Shown: positions 24,855 through 38,347 of the stretch, in pieces
How positions within the stretch are numbered: position 1 is the first letter of the stretch
Layout of the letters: every line of letters starts with the position of its first letter
DNA from: Chiloscyllium plagiosum
Taxonomy: Eukaryota
DNA: 49,613 bases
NCBI RefSeq assembly: GCF_004010195.1
Contig: NC_057718.1
Location: 61,307,145-61,356,757 of the forward strand
Reading direction: 5' to 3'
Program-made: the position numbers and the translations under genes
Notes under the pieces: model-generated
Database searches by the model: none
The model's input: the letters and a program-made list of their open reading frames with translations, nothing else
What the model was told of the DNA's origin: nothing

Positions 24855-26692
24855 GGGCTGAATCTTACTTTTTATTTAACAAAGTCCAAAATGTATTGAG
24901 TTGATTGGAGAGATGTTTGCTGCAAGGCGTAATGCATCATCTCACCCTATCACACAACACAGTCACTCCAACAATGTCTCTCCCGTCTGATTACCACTCC
25001 ATCCGAACACAGGACATTCCCCCAACTCACCACTCAGTAGATATCTGTGGAAAATCGGCATACCTTGTGCCTGTGTCATTGTTAATGGCCCATTGTGCAC
25101 CCAGAATGGCACATTCTGAGGATGGCCTGCTCAGTCAAGAACATTTGCAGAAGATATCAGAGAATTCTCCAGCAGGAGCCTGGAGGTCCAGGGTTGTCCA
25201 AAGGAGTCCTCCTGCTGGGTATCCAGTAGAGGAGGCTACAGCAAGCCAACCTGCCAGCCTGATCAGAGGTTGCTACCTATGTCAACACTGTCTGAAGGAT
25301 ATGGAGGAATGGCCAGCATTGCAAAAAGAAGATCAATTACCTTCTCTGCTCGGACAGACTTATGTGCCACACTCTTCCCACTGCCACACTCACTCCACCT
25401 CTGCCCCTGCACCGAGCTCCCACCAAGACTCATGCTATTCCAGTCTCACTATTGCTGGCAATATCTTCCTCATTCCTCATTCCTCAATATTCCCAACTCA
25501 TCCAAACATCCACCATCAATCCTCATGCTCTGTCTGCTGCCTCCTTGGTACACCTCACTACTTTTTACCTGCACACACACCAGCACTAAAATCAAGCCAC
25601 TCACTTCAACCTCACTCATTGTGCGCTTTCTCCCATTTCAGGAGAATACAGCCTGTCGCACGGCAGAGAGTACCCAGACATGTGAACTAGTGCCCAGCAT
25701 TGGGGCCCTCACACCCTACAGCTCCCAAATCATGTTGTCTCTACTCTCTGGACTTGACACGATGAAGCTAATCAACTGACCCTCGCCTAATACTTCAGAG
25801 GCACAGACCCTCTGAACAATTGAACCCATGATAAAGGCCACTTCTCTCAATTGGTATCAGAGACATTGACTTACTGTGACATGACACCCTGACTATTGGG
25901 TGGACTTCATTGAGGCCCACCCTCCCTGACACTTAGAGACACTGAATACACATGCATTTGCTCTGTAAGCTGCTAGTATATGCTGCAGATGTGACTGACA
26001 TGGCATACTGCTGTGCAGCAAGATGTAACCTCCCCTTGACTAAGGACCAGCAAGACAAGCTGTCTGATTATGTGATTGCATTAATTAGCATGGCAAGGCA
26101 AGGATGCAATGAGCACGTAGGTAGGTCTAACGTGAGCAAGTGAGGCCTGATCTACAGCCTGGCCCATTCTGTGAGCCTGACACCGTGCAAAGTGTCCACT
26201 CTGCAGCTGTTCAATGCTATTTGCTGGTGCTCCCTGCAATGCAAGTATGTTTTTCCAAAGTGCACTACCAATGCGTGGTAGAAATGCCAGGATGGTCCTG
26301 ATAGGGAGTGCATGGGGCTGGTGCCAGTTAATCATAGCCTCTGCTCCTGTGGGTCGTAGGCAACATGGATATTTTTGGAACTGAATTCAGCAGGTACACG
26401 CCCCTGTTTACTTGCTAGTTTTCCTGATGTCTCGTTGTTCTGTGAGTTTAGTAAGATGGGAAGCTGAATATAAATGAGGCACATTGTGGCATTAACAAGG
26501 AGTTTAACAAGCAGTAATCCCCATCAATTGGCATCTCGCTGCTGCTTAATGAGAATTTCACCATGACAACTTGTGAAAAACACAAAACAAGACAATCTCA
26601 ACATTGAGGTGGGCCTCACTGGACTTTTCATCCAATTCTACCGCACATCTCACCATAGCCCACTTTGCTCAGACCCCTATATAGTTCTGCCC
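24855..26692 (+). mobile_element. PIF/Harbinger-type non-autonomous relic with spliced Myb/SANT-like gene and candidate TIRs
   Basis: The left end GGGCTGAATCTTA matches the reverse-complemented right end GGGCAGAACTATA. Coding remnants: FSSRSLEV..LPA*SEVATYVNTV*RIWRNGQHCKKKINYL, a C-rich intron, and acceptor TTTCTCCCATTTCAG followed by ENTACRTAESTQT..ALTPY. Confidence 0.65.
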
Positions 26693-29600
26693 TATGTTAT
26701 TAAAAGCCAAAGGTATCGCTATATTGCATTTTAAGTTGTGGGTCAGAGAGAAGATAAAGATAATATCAGTTGCCTCTGCCTATGAAACTAAAAGGGAATC
26801 CAAGGAATACATCACAAGTAAAAGGTAAATGATCATATAAAAGCATATAAAAATGCCTTTTATGAAGGCTATAATTATTTTCAATGAATTTTCATCAATT
26901 GCAAGAGCTGCTTTGGACAATCAAGTGAAACCCAGCAGCTGGCATTACAGATTTATATTAGTTGTGGGTGTTACAGCACTCAAAGAACTGTTTAAAGAGA
27001 TAGGGAGCAAGAGCCAACTATTCTAAGGTATGGCAGCCTGGCTCAACACTATGTCCTCTACAGTCAAGCAATAAACACCTGAAGGAGCCTGCCAAAGTAA
27101 GTCTTTAAACTGTTTCCAGTTGCCAGGTACATGGCACATGCCAACCTTTTGCACCATCTTACAACCACTTAATTGCTAAACAGATATATCCATGGGGCAT
27201 AATTCTAGCTATGGCTTACAACTGAAAGTCTGAGCACACTAATACCTTCAAAGGACTTCACATTGAAAGCAGATTAACATAATCTAATTGTGTGATGCAC
27301 AGTCACTTAATAACACTTAGGATAGGCTGCAGCTTCAACACACGTCTGTCATTGTGCACGTACTCCTTCAAGTTTGAGCTTGGCAAGAGCAGTTTGCTAT
27401 CTGCACAAATGGATGGTACCGAATCAAGGAAAGGGAATAACGCCTGGGGAGGATTTGGAAATGACAAGCCTCTCACTTCATTGGTGGAACAACCATGAGC
27501 AACCCTTCCTGTAAGAGGATGACAAAATTGCCTGCTACTCCCAAATCCCCCAGGTCCAAACTATGGACTTGTATCCGATAAAAGTCATGTCTCTGTCTTG
27601 TTCACTCCCACAAAGGCATCTGCAGAAATACATACAGAGTCAATGCCTCTTTTGAAAGATGGATTTTAGAGTCAGCATTTCACTGCACACAGAGCAGTGA
27701 CACATGTTTCATAAGATGCTGATGGTAACCTCAGAAAGTTCAGAGAGGTGAGGAGGATGTGCTGTTGTAAAAAAATGGTCTTTCAGAGTCAAGGATCTCA
27801 TCTTTTGAGAAACAGAGCAATATAACATTACTGCCAGCACTAGAATACTCCTACTACTGAACAATTGTTGGCTTTCCTATTGTTTTATACATTTGAGGGC
27901 ATTTTATTGTTAGAGTCGGTGAAGTTAATGCTGGAGTGGAAGAAGGCCCAATCAAAAATGTGAAATAATCTCGCCATCCATAAACAATGCAACACTTTGG
28001 TGCATGTTACTTGTAGTACCTTTATTGCCAACTCCCTATTAGTAGCTCCCAAGAAGGCGTGTCAGGACTCACAGGTACAACAACAAGATAAATCCAACAA
28101 ATTTAGGTATAGTGCATATTAATTTCACTACCCTGTGCTTTGTGCTGTTTAAGCTATAAAATACTATGATTTTTATGGTAAAAGACAAGGCATTATACAT
28201 GGTTTCATTTCCAAATAAATACAATGTGCTTTTTCTCCTTACCCCATCCCAGAGATAGTATGAATGATGATATTTTGAGAAATATTTACAGATGCCTTTT
28301 CCTTTAACAGTCTTCATGTTGTGAAGAACTCTTTAGAAAGGTTTTCTGTGTGGTTAGATTTTTCTGTATTTTTTGGTCGCATTGACTCTACTTTTTCACT
28401 CATTAGGTTAGCATTCCCATCATTTTCTGGTTTACAAAATAAAAGGGGCACAACAAAGAGCATTGGCCGAAAAGCAAATATCAATCCATCAATGTAACAA
28501 CTGCAAATTAAATAAATTAGACATATGCACTAAACTTACACTGTAAACTCCAAAACAAATATTAGTCATTATTCTGTGCAAAGTAAAAAAAGAACATCAG
28601 CAAAACAATTTTAGAAGCAATTTAAAAAGATATCTTTAGTAATTGCTTCAAATGGGTTCACTAAGTGTCTGTAGACAAGATCTCCTGGCATTTTTGGCCA
28701 AACATTGGAAGACCATTTACATGCATTCACTGGGAATAGGAGTGAACAACATGAACTTGAGTATACTTTGAGCATTAGTACAGCAGAAGTCATTGTCAGT
28801 AGGAATTATTCAGAAGAAGCATTAGCTAATTTCCCAGCGTCCATTCACTAAATTTCTTCCAGTGTTAGAAATCTGAAAATTGAAAGATTGCCTCTACAGA
28901 GCCAAGGAAGAAAGTAGAATGACGCCCACTGGGCTAATTTATAACTAATTGTTCCTGTCTTCATTTTCCATTGAACTGCAGCTAAATAATTCAATTTCTC
29001 AACATTTTCCTGTTGTAATTTAAGCTGCGCTGTAAAATGACCTCTAATATTTGTCATATTTCAAAACTGGCATACAAAAAACATATCAGAAAGCTCCCAG
29101 TGATGTGGTGATCAAATGATCTGGTAGAGTACTGAATCTTGTAACTTAAGAAGTTCCAAGTTTTGATACTTTATCTACACTGTTCTAATTGATATTAGTT
29201 AGTCTAGCACAAAAGATACTTCCATTAAAATTAATCTATCGGAGGGCAAAGAGAAATCATCTCTGGTTCTTACCATTGGTAACCATGAATGGCTCCTCCT
29301 GGAAAATACAGATGTGCAGACATCTAGTGAGGTCATGTTTGAACTTGATGGGAATAACAGCAATGATGAAACAGCCAAAATACACTCACAGTCTAGGTTT
29401 AAGGATAAAGAATAATCAAACATATAAAGTACTTAAGGCTAGCTAACATGAAAGGGTAGCCTCAGCCCAAATTGGATTTGAAGTCAAAACAATTGCTGGG
29501 TGCTACCCTGGCATCACAGAGAAAAAAACATGATTCAAGATTCCCTGAAACTGCACTGTATGCCTTGGGACAGGAGATAGTTAACAGAAACAAAATTCTC

Positions 29601-30469
29601 CATTGCGGAAGTGATCTTCCAGACACATGATGACAGGACAAGCTGCAAGCCTCATACTCACAGCTTGTAAAATTGACAACTATTCTACAATGGTATGAAC
29701 ATCACCCAAAATAATAATTCATAATCCGATATACTTTCCTTCCCTTGAGCTTGCAAGCTAGATGGCCCAAAACCAGGATAGCAACATCTAACCAGCAGTG
29801 TTAGATATGACAGCTTGCCCTTACTGTTATCTATATTCCTGATTACAGACATATCTCTGCTAAGTAAAACAGATCTTATAAATCTCCTCTACCTCGACCA
29901 CAATCATTGTGAAAACAAAAACATGAAGTCAAAGATTTTCATTTTGCTCTTATCCAGAACGAAAGACATTTCTCTTGAACAATAAGAAATAAAGATTGCT
30001 GTGGCCTGACAACCTTTGACCTGGAAGCAGTACAAAGAGAAAAATATTAAATTTTTAAAAACCATGTAACCTGCTGACATAAAGGAGAGCTAGAAGCAGA
30101 GGAACTAGTGGGTGAAGCTAATCAGTGCACAGGTACAATTAGAGAAAGAAAGGAACACCAGAGAAAGCAGGCAGAGACAAATATAAGATTACACCAAACT
30201 TTTCTAATGACAAGAAGCAAATTATTGTAACAAAATGATCTGTTTTTCAGTTTGACAGAAAAGAAGACAGTAACTTGAACTTATATTGCAAGCTGTTGAA
30301 AAAGTCTAACATCTGGAAAGCTGTGTGTTTAGCTGAGACAAAATAAAGAGGAGAGTGTTTTCCCAGAAGAGAACTGGGGTGTGATTGATTGGTTAATTGA
30401 AGAGGAACTCTGGAAGGGATACCATCAGAACTGTCATGACCTGAGAGAAAGAATGCTTTTAGAAGTGCA

Positions 30470-30808
30470 TCTTATCATACAGTGTGGAAAGAGGCCATTC
30501 AGCCATTACCAACCCTCCAAAGAATATCCCACCTAGATCTAGTCCACAGCCCATCTCCATACCTCACATTTACCTTGGTTAATCCACCTAGTCTGCATAT
30601 CCCTGGACACGACTGGCAATTTAGCATGATCGGCTCACCTAACCTGCACAGGTTTGGACCATGGGAGGAAACCTGAGCACCTAGAGGAAACTCACACAGA
30701 CGTGGGAAGAACATGTAAACTCCACATAGAGAGTCACCCAAGGTTGGAATTGAACCAATCTCCCTAACACTGAGGTAGCAGTGCTAACAACTAAACCACT
30801 GTGCCATC
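30470..30808 (-). mobile_element. HE1-type SINE
   Basis: Colinear similarity to 19018-19328 (GGCAATTTAGCATG, GGAAACCTGAGCACC, GGAATTGAACC, GCAGTGCTAAC). Confidence 0.9.
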
Positions 30809-32406
30809 TTGAATGAAAACAATCATACCAATGAAATTCAAAGGGTCAAAGGGGAAAGTTATTTTCAGATAGGACTCTTGGCCGACACTGTGTGAATCAA
30901 AAACTGTGTAGTCATGTTTTTGATATTTAAGCAAAGGATGATGGAATTGCCTAAAACATATATTTAAAGTGATAGTTAACTTTATTTTGAAGTAGCAATT
31001 TCTTGTTGTTTCACATGTAATTTGCATTGGGTCTAATTCATACTAACGTAAAATCTAGAGAAAGTGGATTATTGATTGCAATTTATTCACTTGGGAGTGA
31101 TTCAGTAAATTTGGTTATATTGGTTTTAGTTTTCTCTCACCTTCACTTTTATTGACAGATTATTCAGATAGTTTTGCGTTGTTTGCCAAAGGCAACACTA
31201 GCCTTAGCTAATGTGACATTAGTGCTATTGTCAATGTGAACTGCTCTTTTACCAATGACTGTAATAATGGCTTTATTTACTGGCTTCATGGGGTAAATAA
31301 ATTGACACATAAATTGAGTCTTCATGGAGCTATTGGTGACACAGGTATTATTTCATGCAGATAGGAATTGGTCCATGCTATGTTGTTCTACTTCCTTCTA
31401 CATAGACATTTAGGACACGGTCAACAGCGAGCAAAAAAAAATTACAAAGTGCATCTTCACACACTTTGGTTTTGGGACTGTCATCTGGGTAACATCTAAT
31501 GTGGATGCCCCTTTCAACAACACAAAATGCTTCAAAACACATTGCTTATGTTTTACACAGGGGTGGTGACTTTGCCAAACCAGATAACTACAAACCCAGA
31601 GACAAAACTATCTCTACTCAACTGATCACCCCATGGCCATTTTCCAAACACTGGGCTGTTCATTGATTCAGAGCAAGACTTTGATCTTGTTTGTGGGGAG
31701 CTTCTACCACTAAAAGCTGACAGACATTTAAACAGCTGAGAACATTGTAGCTGCAGCAGAGCTATGAGGAGTGGTTGTCATTGTTGGCACTGCAGGAAGT
31801 CAATGACTAGCGTTGGCTTCAACAGACAGTCCTACTTCACCCAGTTGTATTGAGAAGGTATCAGAAGACTGTCCACCATCAGAAAGCATGCCTTAAATTG
31901 AAAAGCTGCACCATGGTAATGACATTTTTTGAACAGCCATATTTTCCTTTGATCATTAGCTCTCAGAACCAATTGTGTCAAAGGCTTTAATCAGATCAAT
32001 AAATGTTGAATACAGTTCACAGTTCTGCTGTTCCAATTTCTCCTCAGCTTGACAAACACTGTGTCAAGTCTACCTGAACCATTTATGAAGTCACAGTTCC
32101 TGTTCGAGCATTCAGACTTCTCAAAGAGGATACAAGCCCTCTGAAACCTCTCATATGGTGCAGTGAATAGTGGCTGATAAGCCGAGAGGTGTTGCATATA
32201 TCTGCTGCTGCAGCCTGGACAAAACCAAGAACACAACAGTTCATGTTCATAGCTACAGGCCATAGAGCTGTCGCACCCTGCTGAGAATGCAACAGGTGGA
32301 GGATTTCAATGGGGAAGTGTATCCTTCACTGAGGTTCAGATAGGAAAATCTCTCCCAGATGGCTCTGTGAGTTTATATCTTCTCTCGCACCCTCCCCCGC
32401 CCCCCT

Positions 32407-32430
32407 ACACACACACACACACACACACAC
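32407..32430. repeat. (AC)12 microsatellite
   Basis: Read directly from the sequence. Confidence 0.95.
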
Positions 32431-34949
32431 TCCCTCTTCTAGCAGCTTGTCTGTCTCTGTGACACCTCTGGTTACTCTCCCCTCTCCCGTCGTACTGCAG
32501 GCCAAGGTCAATGCAATTAACTGCATCCAGATGAGGGAACAAATGGTGTGTACCGGATCCTTAAAGGCCTGATTCATTCCTTCAGCACCCGCCACAGCCT
32601 ATGGATTCCAGCAAAATTTAAACAGTTCCATGCTATAATCAGAGGAAGAAGCAGTGGAAATCAATCAACAACAACTAACCCAACAGCAGTTGAAGCTGCT
32701 TTTCCATAGAGGTGATCGTTGGGGGGCCCCTCTGCTACTAAGACATGTTCAGCTCAGATTACAAGAGAATGTGAGTTGAGGTGTTGATCTCCAAAGTGAC
32801 ATTGTCAATGTGAAATCTCAACCTACACTGTGAGCCAGTGCACATTTGAACACTTCCTTTAAAATCTTGACTGGGCTGTCCAGCATGAGACCTGTACGGT
32901 AGTGTGGACGCACTGTGAGGCAATGCCATGAAAGTGAATGCGCTGGTGAGGAATTTTGCTGCCAATAATTTGTGCCTTTATGACAAGACTTCCCATGGAA
33001 GGGATCGAGATCACAATGGGGCTGCAAGCTTTGTGGTAGGAATGACGTTGTGAAGCTCTGATCAAGTGGTAAGAGCTACACTCCTCTATTCTCATAACTG
33101 ACCCCTACCCATTCCATCTGTTCTTACTGATAGGATGGTGACAAGTTTCAAGCCTCAAAATAGGATCACAGAGGAAAAGCTTTTTGGTTACACTGCTCTA
33201 TGAACTAAATATTAGTTAAATATTGCTAAACCAACATAAAATCATATATGCCTCTAAAACAAAATCGCAAACCATCAATCCATTGTCTTTGTCTTATTTA
33301 CTTTATGTTTTTGTAGCCAGACGCATGGCCTCATGACTCAATTTTGTCACTTGGTTTTGGAAGCTCTCAAACCCTGATATTAATGTGTTCAAGTCATCTT
33401 AATCTTATGCTGACTGCAGCAGCCTTGTTCAAAACTCTACCTGTCATAAGCTAGAGTAGCCCTTTTATCAATCTGTACTTATTTGTCATAAATTTTAATA
33501 TGGAAGTACTACACTGCTTTAGTATGTTCATACAATCACTGACAGCAGAGTACCGCTCATTTGGCACAGGCAAGAGCATTTCAGCTTCATGTTTCTACTG
33601 TTATTGGCATTTTTCATCATATTCAAGTGGTAGTGGTCAATTTTCTTCAAAAGATGCACTTCCCCAACTTACCAAGGAGACAGGCAGTAATAAATTCTAG
33701 TTGTGCAGTCATTTTCCTTCATAGCCAGAAGCTACAATAAAAGCAATGAGCTGGGTATCGCTACGTAACTTGTGTTTACACAGTATTGTGCTTTATTGAA
33801 AACCAAGGAATATGAATATTATTAATAAACACACAAGCATTCTTTGCAAAGGGTAAAATCAATTTACTTTGCATTCAAGCAATGTGCGCCTACATGGTGC
33901 TATTCCATCATATTACAGGCAGGCATCGCTTGTTAGGCTTTGGCCTAAAGAAAATGCAGGGATCATATACCAACACCTTGACGGAGATGTACAGCTGCTC
34001 TCACTGTGGCTGTCTCACCTTTAGCCCTGTCTGTCTGCTGCTGGCTTTCATTTTCTGCATTCATACATCAATAAGCTTTGCATGCTGACACCTAATTTTG
34101 CAGGGTACTTCAGTTATGGAGTCCATGTTTTGCGTATCACTCACCACCACCACCTCCCCCAACCTCCCTTCCCCAGTTTCTATATAACACATGCACTCTT
34201 TTCTGTAAGTAGTGAGTCTGTCAGCTTTGTGTTTTCAAGAAGAGAATGAGTGTGAATGTCACTTTCACATGCAGCTCTGTGCTCTTTTTAATGAGAAATC
34301 GGGTCTCCTTTGGAGTCAGCAGAGGGGATGAGGAGGAGATGTCACCCCTTGCAGCCCATGTCCTCAGAGGAGCTGACAATTCCAGATAAATCAGCTTGTG
34401 TACTTCCTCCCCTTCTAATACCTCCTGCAGTGGGAGGGGAGGAGTGATTTCCCTTTGAGAGCTGAGCAGGCAAGGCATATTGATCCCTTAAAATAAAATT
34501 AACAGCTCAATGTCATAAACACCTCCAAAGCCTTCCTTTTTTTTAATTATGAAAACATATCCATCATTTGTGTTTAGAAATTAGCACCTTTTGAAACCCA
34601 GTGCAGACCTCAAATCTTGATAAACTGGGTAGAGGTAAATTGTAAGTGTGTGTGTGGTGGGGGGAGGGAGGTGCTGATGGAATATGTCCTGAAATTCAAC
34701 CCATAAGAACAAAAAAAAGATTGCTTGCATTGTTGCTTTTATTATCTTGCTACTGTCATTGCTTGAGCTTTGTATCTTGTGACAAAGAAAAGGGGAAAAA
34801 AAACTGTGAAATTAATCTTTTGTGCATGGCCTGATACAGAGGAGACATGCTCAGACAAAAGATAGACTGAGCGAAGGTACAGTGATTGATGACTAAAGTA
34901 AAGGTGTCAGAAGAGTATTATGTAAATTACTAGAGGCGCAGATCATTTC

Positions 34950-34968
34950 AGAGAGAGAGAGAGAGAGA
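34950..34968. repeat. (GA)9 microsatellite
   Basis: Read directly from the sequence. Confidence 0.9.
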
Positions 34969-36117
34969 AGGGAATGTGGTGCCGATGTCATCAAGACACC
35001 AGTCCCCAAACACCAATTTCTTGCCATCTTTCATCTATCCAGACAACCTCTGGTCAGAATATATTTGAGTTGCACTCTACAAAAAATATATGAGAATCGA
35101 GCAACATTTAGGCTTGAAGAAACAAATAAATAAAGGCAGAGTTCATATTTTTCAATTGCTCAAAAGAGAAAGCTGTTTTACCTGAATGTGCACAGAGATG
35201 TCACCATTTAATAAAATGACAAAAACAATCTATCACATATGCATGAACACAGAACAATATAAAGAGGTTAACAGAAATTGATGACATCCACACTTTAATT
35301 TTACACCAAATCAGAGTATTTTGTGATTGAAATAGACAAAGATGTATAGGGTTATCTGGTTGAAGAGGCTGTGCTAATTACTGGCACTTGTCATTTCTCC
35401 ATAGCTTCATCTAAGTCATGGAGGCAAACTAGTAATTTTTCCTCATTCTTTATTCGTTATTTCAGGAGTATTGTGCTGAGGAAGCTATTCTGCAACAACA
35501 TCCCATTATTAACTGTTTCATTATTAAGTGACTCCTAATATTTTTATTTGTCAGTGTCATGATGAGAACAATTTGTCTGCAATAGAGTATCGTTGTCTTT
35601 AATAAACTAGTCACTTATAATTTAAGTCAAGATGGCCTGTTCATGAGCTACAGTTGTCAAGTCATATATTTTCCAACATAAAATACTTCTCTCATGATTG
35701 TGATTACTAATCCTTAGCTATTAGGACAGGAAAAGCTGATAAGTACTAACAATTAACCCTTGCAGAATAAAAGTGTGTTCTTTTAAGGCAGAATAAACTG
35801 TTTTCTCAATTAACTTTAAATTTAGTATCAGTTGATGTTAAAGTCTGTACTGATAACTGATTACCATTGCAGTATTGAAGAAATGCAAGATATCCATATG
35901 AAATATATGGGAGGGAAATATCCAAGTTCAATATATATGTCATAAGTTGTGACCTAAAACATAACTTCTTGACAAACAGCTCCAGTGTTAATAACAGTGG
36001 GACAGTGAACGGGTTTGATTAAAAGTAATGGCTGGGATTTGATCAGGCCAATGGAGGCCTCACTGAGAGTTTGCAGAGCCAATGGGAACTCCCAGAAAGG
36101 GTCACAGAGGTGGGCTT

Positions 36118-36625
36118 GTGATGGCATAGTGGTTATGTTACTGGATAGCAATCTAGCTACAAAAGGTAGCTGAGGATAGGAATTTAAATCCTACCATGGA
36201 AGTTTGTGGAATGCAGATCTAATTAATAAAGACCTGGAATTAAAAACTAATTTTAGTAATTCTAACCATGAAATGATTGTCATTAAAAACAAAGTATTTG
36301 GTCCACTAATGTCCCTTAGGAAGGAGAATTGTGTCCTTACTTGATCTGGCCTACATTTGACTCAAGATCTACAGCAGAAGTGTTTGATTCTTACCTGCCC
36401 TCTGAAATGACCTAGCAAGCCACTCAGTTGTATCAAACTACTGCAAAGTTTAAAAGAAATGAAACTGGAGAGACCACTCAGCAACAATCTAGGCTCTGGA
36501 AATGCCAGCAGCAAACCCAGCCCTGTTAACCCTGCAAAGTCTTCCTCACTACCAGTCGGGTGTTTGTGCCAAACTTGGGAGAACTGTGCCACAGATTAGT
36601 GAAGTCGCAAACCTAATACGAACTT
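36118..36625 (+). mobile_element. 5' end of a CR1-clade LINE: tRNA-like head, 5' UTR and start of the endonuclease
   Basis: A-box TGGCATAGTGG (36122-36132) and a degenerate B-box (~36182), then VPNLGELCHRLVK (~36566), matching the APE start seen at ~21880 (-). Confidence 0.7.
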
Positions 36626-36629
36626 ACTT

Positions 36630-37060
36630 TTTGAAGTGGCAGGACTGATATATGAAGAGAGACATGATTTGTTTATATTCACTGGAAATTAGAAGAATAA
36701 GGGGTGATTCATAGAAACCTATAGAATTCTAACAGGACTAGACAGGGTAAACACAAGAAGAATATTCTTGACGACTGGGAAGTCCAAAACCAACAGTCAC
36801 AGTCGAAAGATATGGGGTAGGCCATTTAAGATAGAGATAAGAAGAAATGTCTTCACCTAGATTCTGGTGAGCCTGTGGAATAGCCACAGGAAACTATTGA
36901 TGCCAAAACATTTAAAATTTATGGAAGGAGTTAGGGCTGAAAGGTTGAGGGTTTGGAGAGAAAATGGGATTAGGAGGCTGAGTTGAATGATCAGCCATCA
37001 TCATTTTGGAAGACAGACTGGGCTCAAAAGACTGAATGGCCTACTTCTGCTCCTACCTTA
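36630..37060 (+). mobile_element. CR1 LINE 3' fragment nested in the preceding element
   Basis: LYSLEIRRIRGD..ETYRILTGLDRV, ..LVSLWNS, and tail GAATGGCCTACTTCTGCTCCTA. Confidence 0.85.
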
Positions 37061-37084
37061 GAAGATTTGAAAATTATAATCATA

Positions 37085-37330
37085 ATTTACAATGTCTTAG
37101 ACATCACCATCACTATCTTGACTTATAGTCAGTCCCACCTGCAGGACAGAGACACCAGAAATGGTGGAACAATGGTATATCGTTGAAACAGAGTTGTACT
37201 GGGAATCCCAGGAGCATTCAGTTCACTTAAAGTTTCATGATGCCAGGTCAAGCATGGACAATGGAACCTGTTGATTACCATGAACCAATACTACCTCAAC
37301 GAGTGAATCAGCACTCTTCCATGCTGGAAG
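37085..37330 (+). mobile_element. Continuation of the LINE endonuclease after the nested CR1
   Basis: NVLDITITILTYSQSHLQDRDTRNGGTMVY matches the APE motif GY..R.DR..RGGG..VY. Confidence 0.75.
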
Positions 37331-37392
37331 AAATATCAATCTACCTGTTGCAGATGCATCTGTCCATGACCATAACAGTAGTAACCACCACA

Positions 37393-38222
37393 ATTTTGAT
37401 TTGATTGGATTTGATTATAATTTGATTTATTATTATCACATGTACCTGAAAAATTTTGTATTGTGAGCAATACAGGCAGATCATAAACAAGGACATACAG
37501 ATCATATGGTGCTTAGACAGAGCGAGGGTTACGACTGCACAGGAAGTACACAAAAGAAAGGTCAACATTGGATTTGAAATTAGGGATGTTCATTCAACAA
37601 TCTAATAACAGCAGGGAAGAAGCTGTTCTTGAACTTGTTGGTGGGAGTGATCAAGTTTCTGTATCTTCTGTCTGAGGGAAGAGCTTGGAAGAGAGTATTC
37701 CCAGGATGGGATTTTGGCAGCCTTTCCATGACAACGAGAAGTGTATATGGAGTCCATGGATGGAAAGTTGGCCTACATACTGGCCTGGGTGTACTCAACT
37801 TTCTGTAATTTCTTAGATTCCTGGGCAGAGCAGTCACCATACCAAGCCATTACGCACCCTGATAGAATGCTTTCTACGGTGCATCTGTAAAAGTTGGTGA
37901 GGGTCCTTATGGACATGCTGAATTTCCTAAGCCTCCTGTGGAAGTAGAGGGATTTTGTGCCTTCTTGACCACTGCATCTATGCGCAAGATCCAGGACAGA
38001 TTATTGTTACTTCAAGGAACTTGATGCTCTTGACCGTCTCCACCTCAGCTCCGTTGATGTAGGCGGGAGTGTGTCCTCCTTTCTTCCTGAAGCCAATGAT
38101 CAGTTCTTTTGTTTTGCTGACATTGAGAGAGAGATTGTTATTATTGTACCACAACACCAAGTACTCTATTTCTTTCCTGTATTCTGATTCATTGTTGTTT
38201 GATATCTGGCCTACAACAGTCC
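37393..38222 (-). mobile_element. Rex1/Babar LINE 3' fragment
   Basis: VVGQISNNNESEYRKEIEYLVLWYNNNNLSLNVSKTKELIIGFRK, VETVKSIKFL, LFQALPSDRRYR..FKNSFFPAVIRLLN, and an (AATCA)n-like tail at ~37393-37430. Confidence 0.9.
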
Positions 38223-38347
38223 ATGACAATAACAATGAGAATAACCACAACAGAGTCCATTTGGAAACAGAGTCCCATTTTCACTTTGACGACACACACA
38301 TAGTATTATATAGCGCTACCACCTTGCTAAATGGGATAGATTTTGAA

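Noticed and set aside
24905..25690. 261-aa ORF as a gene
   Set aside because: It reads through a Harbinger relic and its C-rich intron-like tract, is low-complexity (S/H/P), and the recognisable motifs lie in another, stop-containing frame.
28611..28793. WSSNVWPKMPGDLVYRHL resembling the N-terminus of ISL2EU/YqaJ-type transposon proteins
   Set aside because: The similarity is short and the expected downstream motifs are absent.
32581..32600. REST/NRSE site (TTCAGCACCCGCCACAGCC)
   Set aside because: The left half matches, but the conserved GG of GGACAG is replaced by CC.
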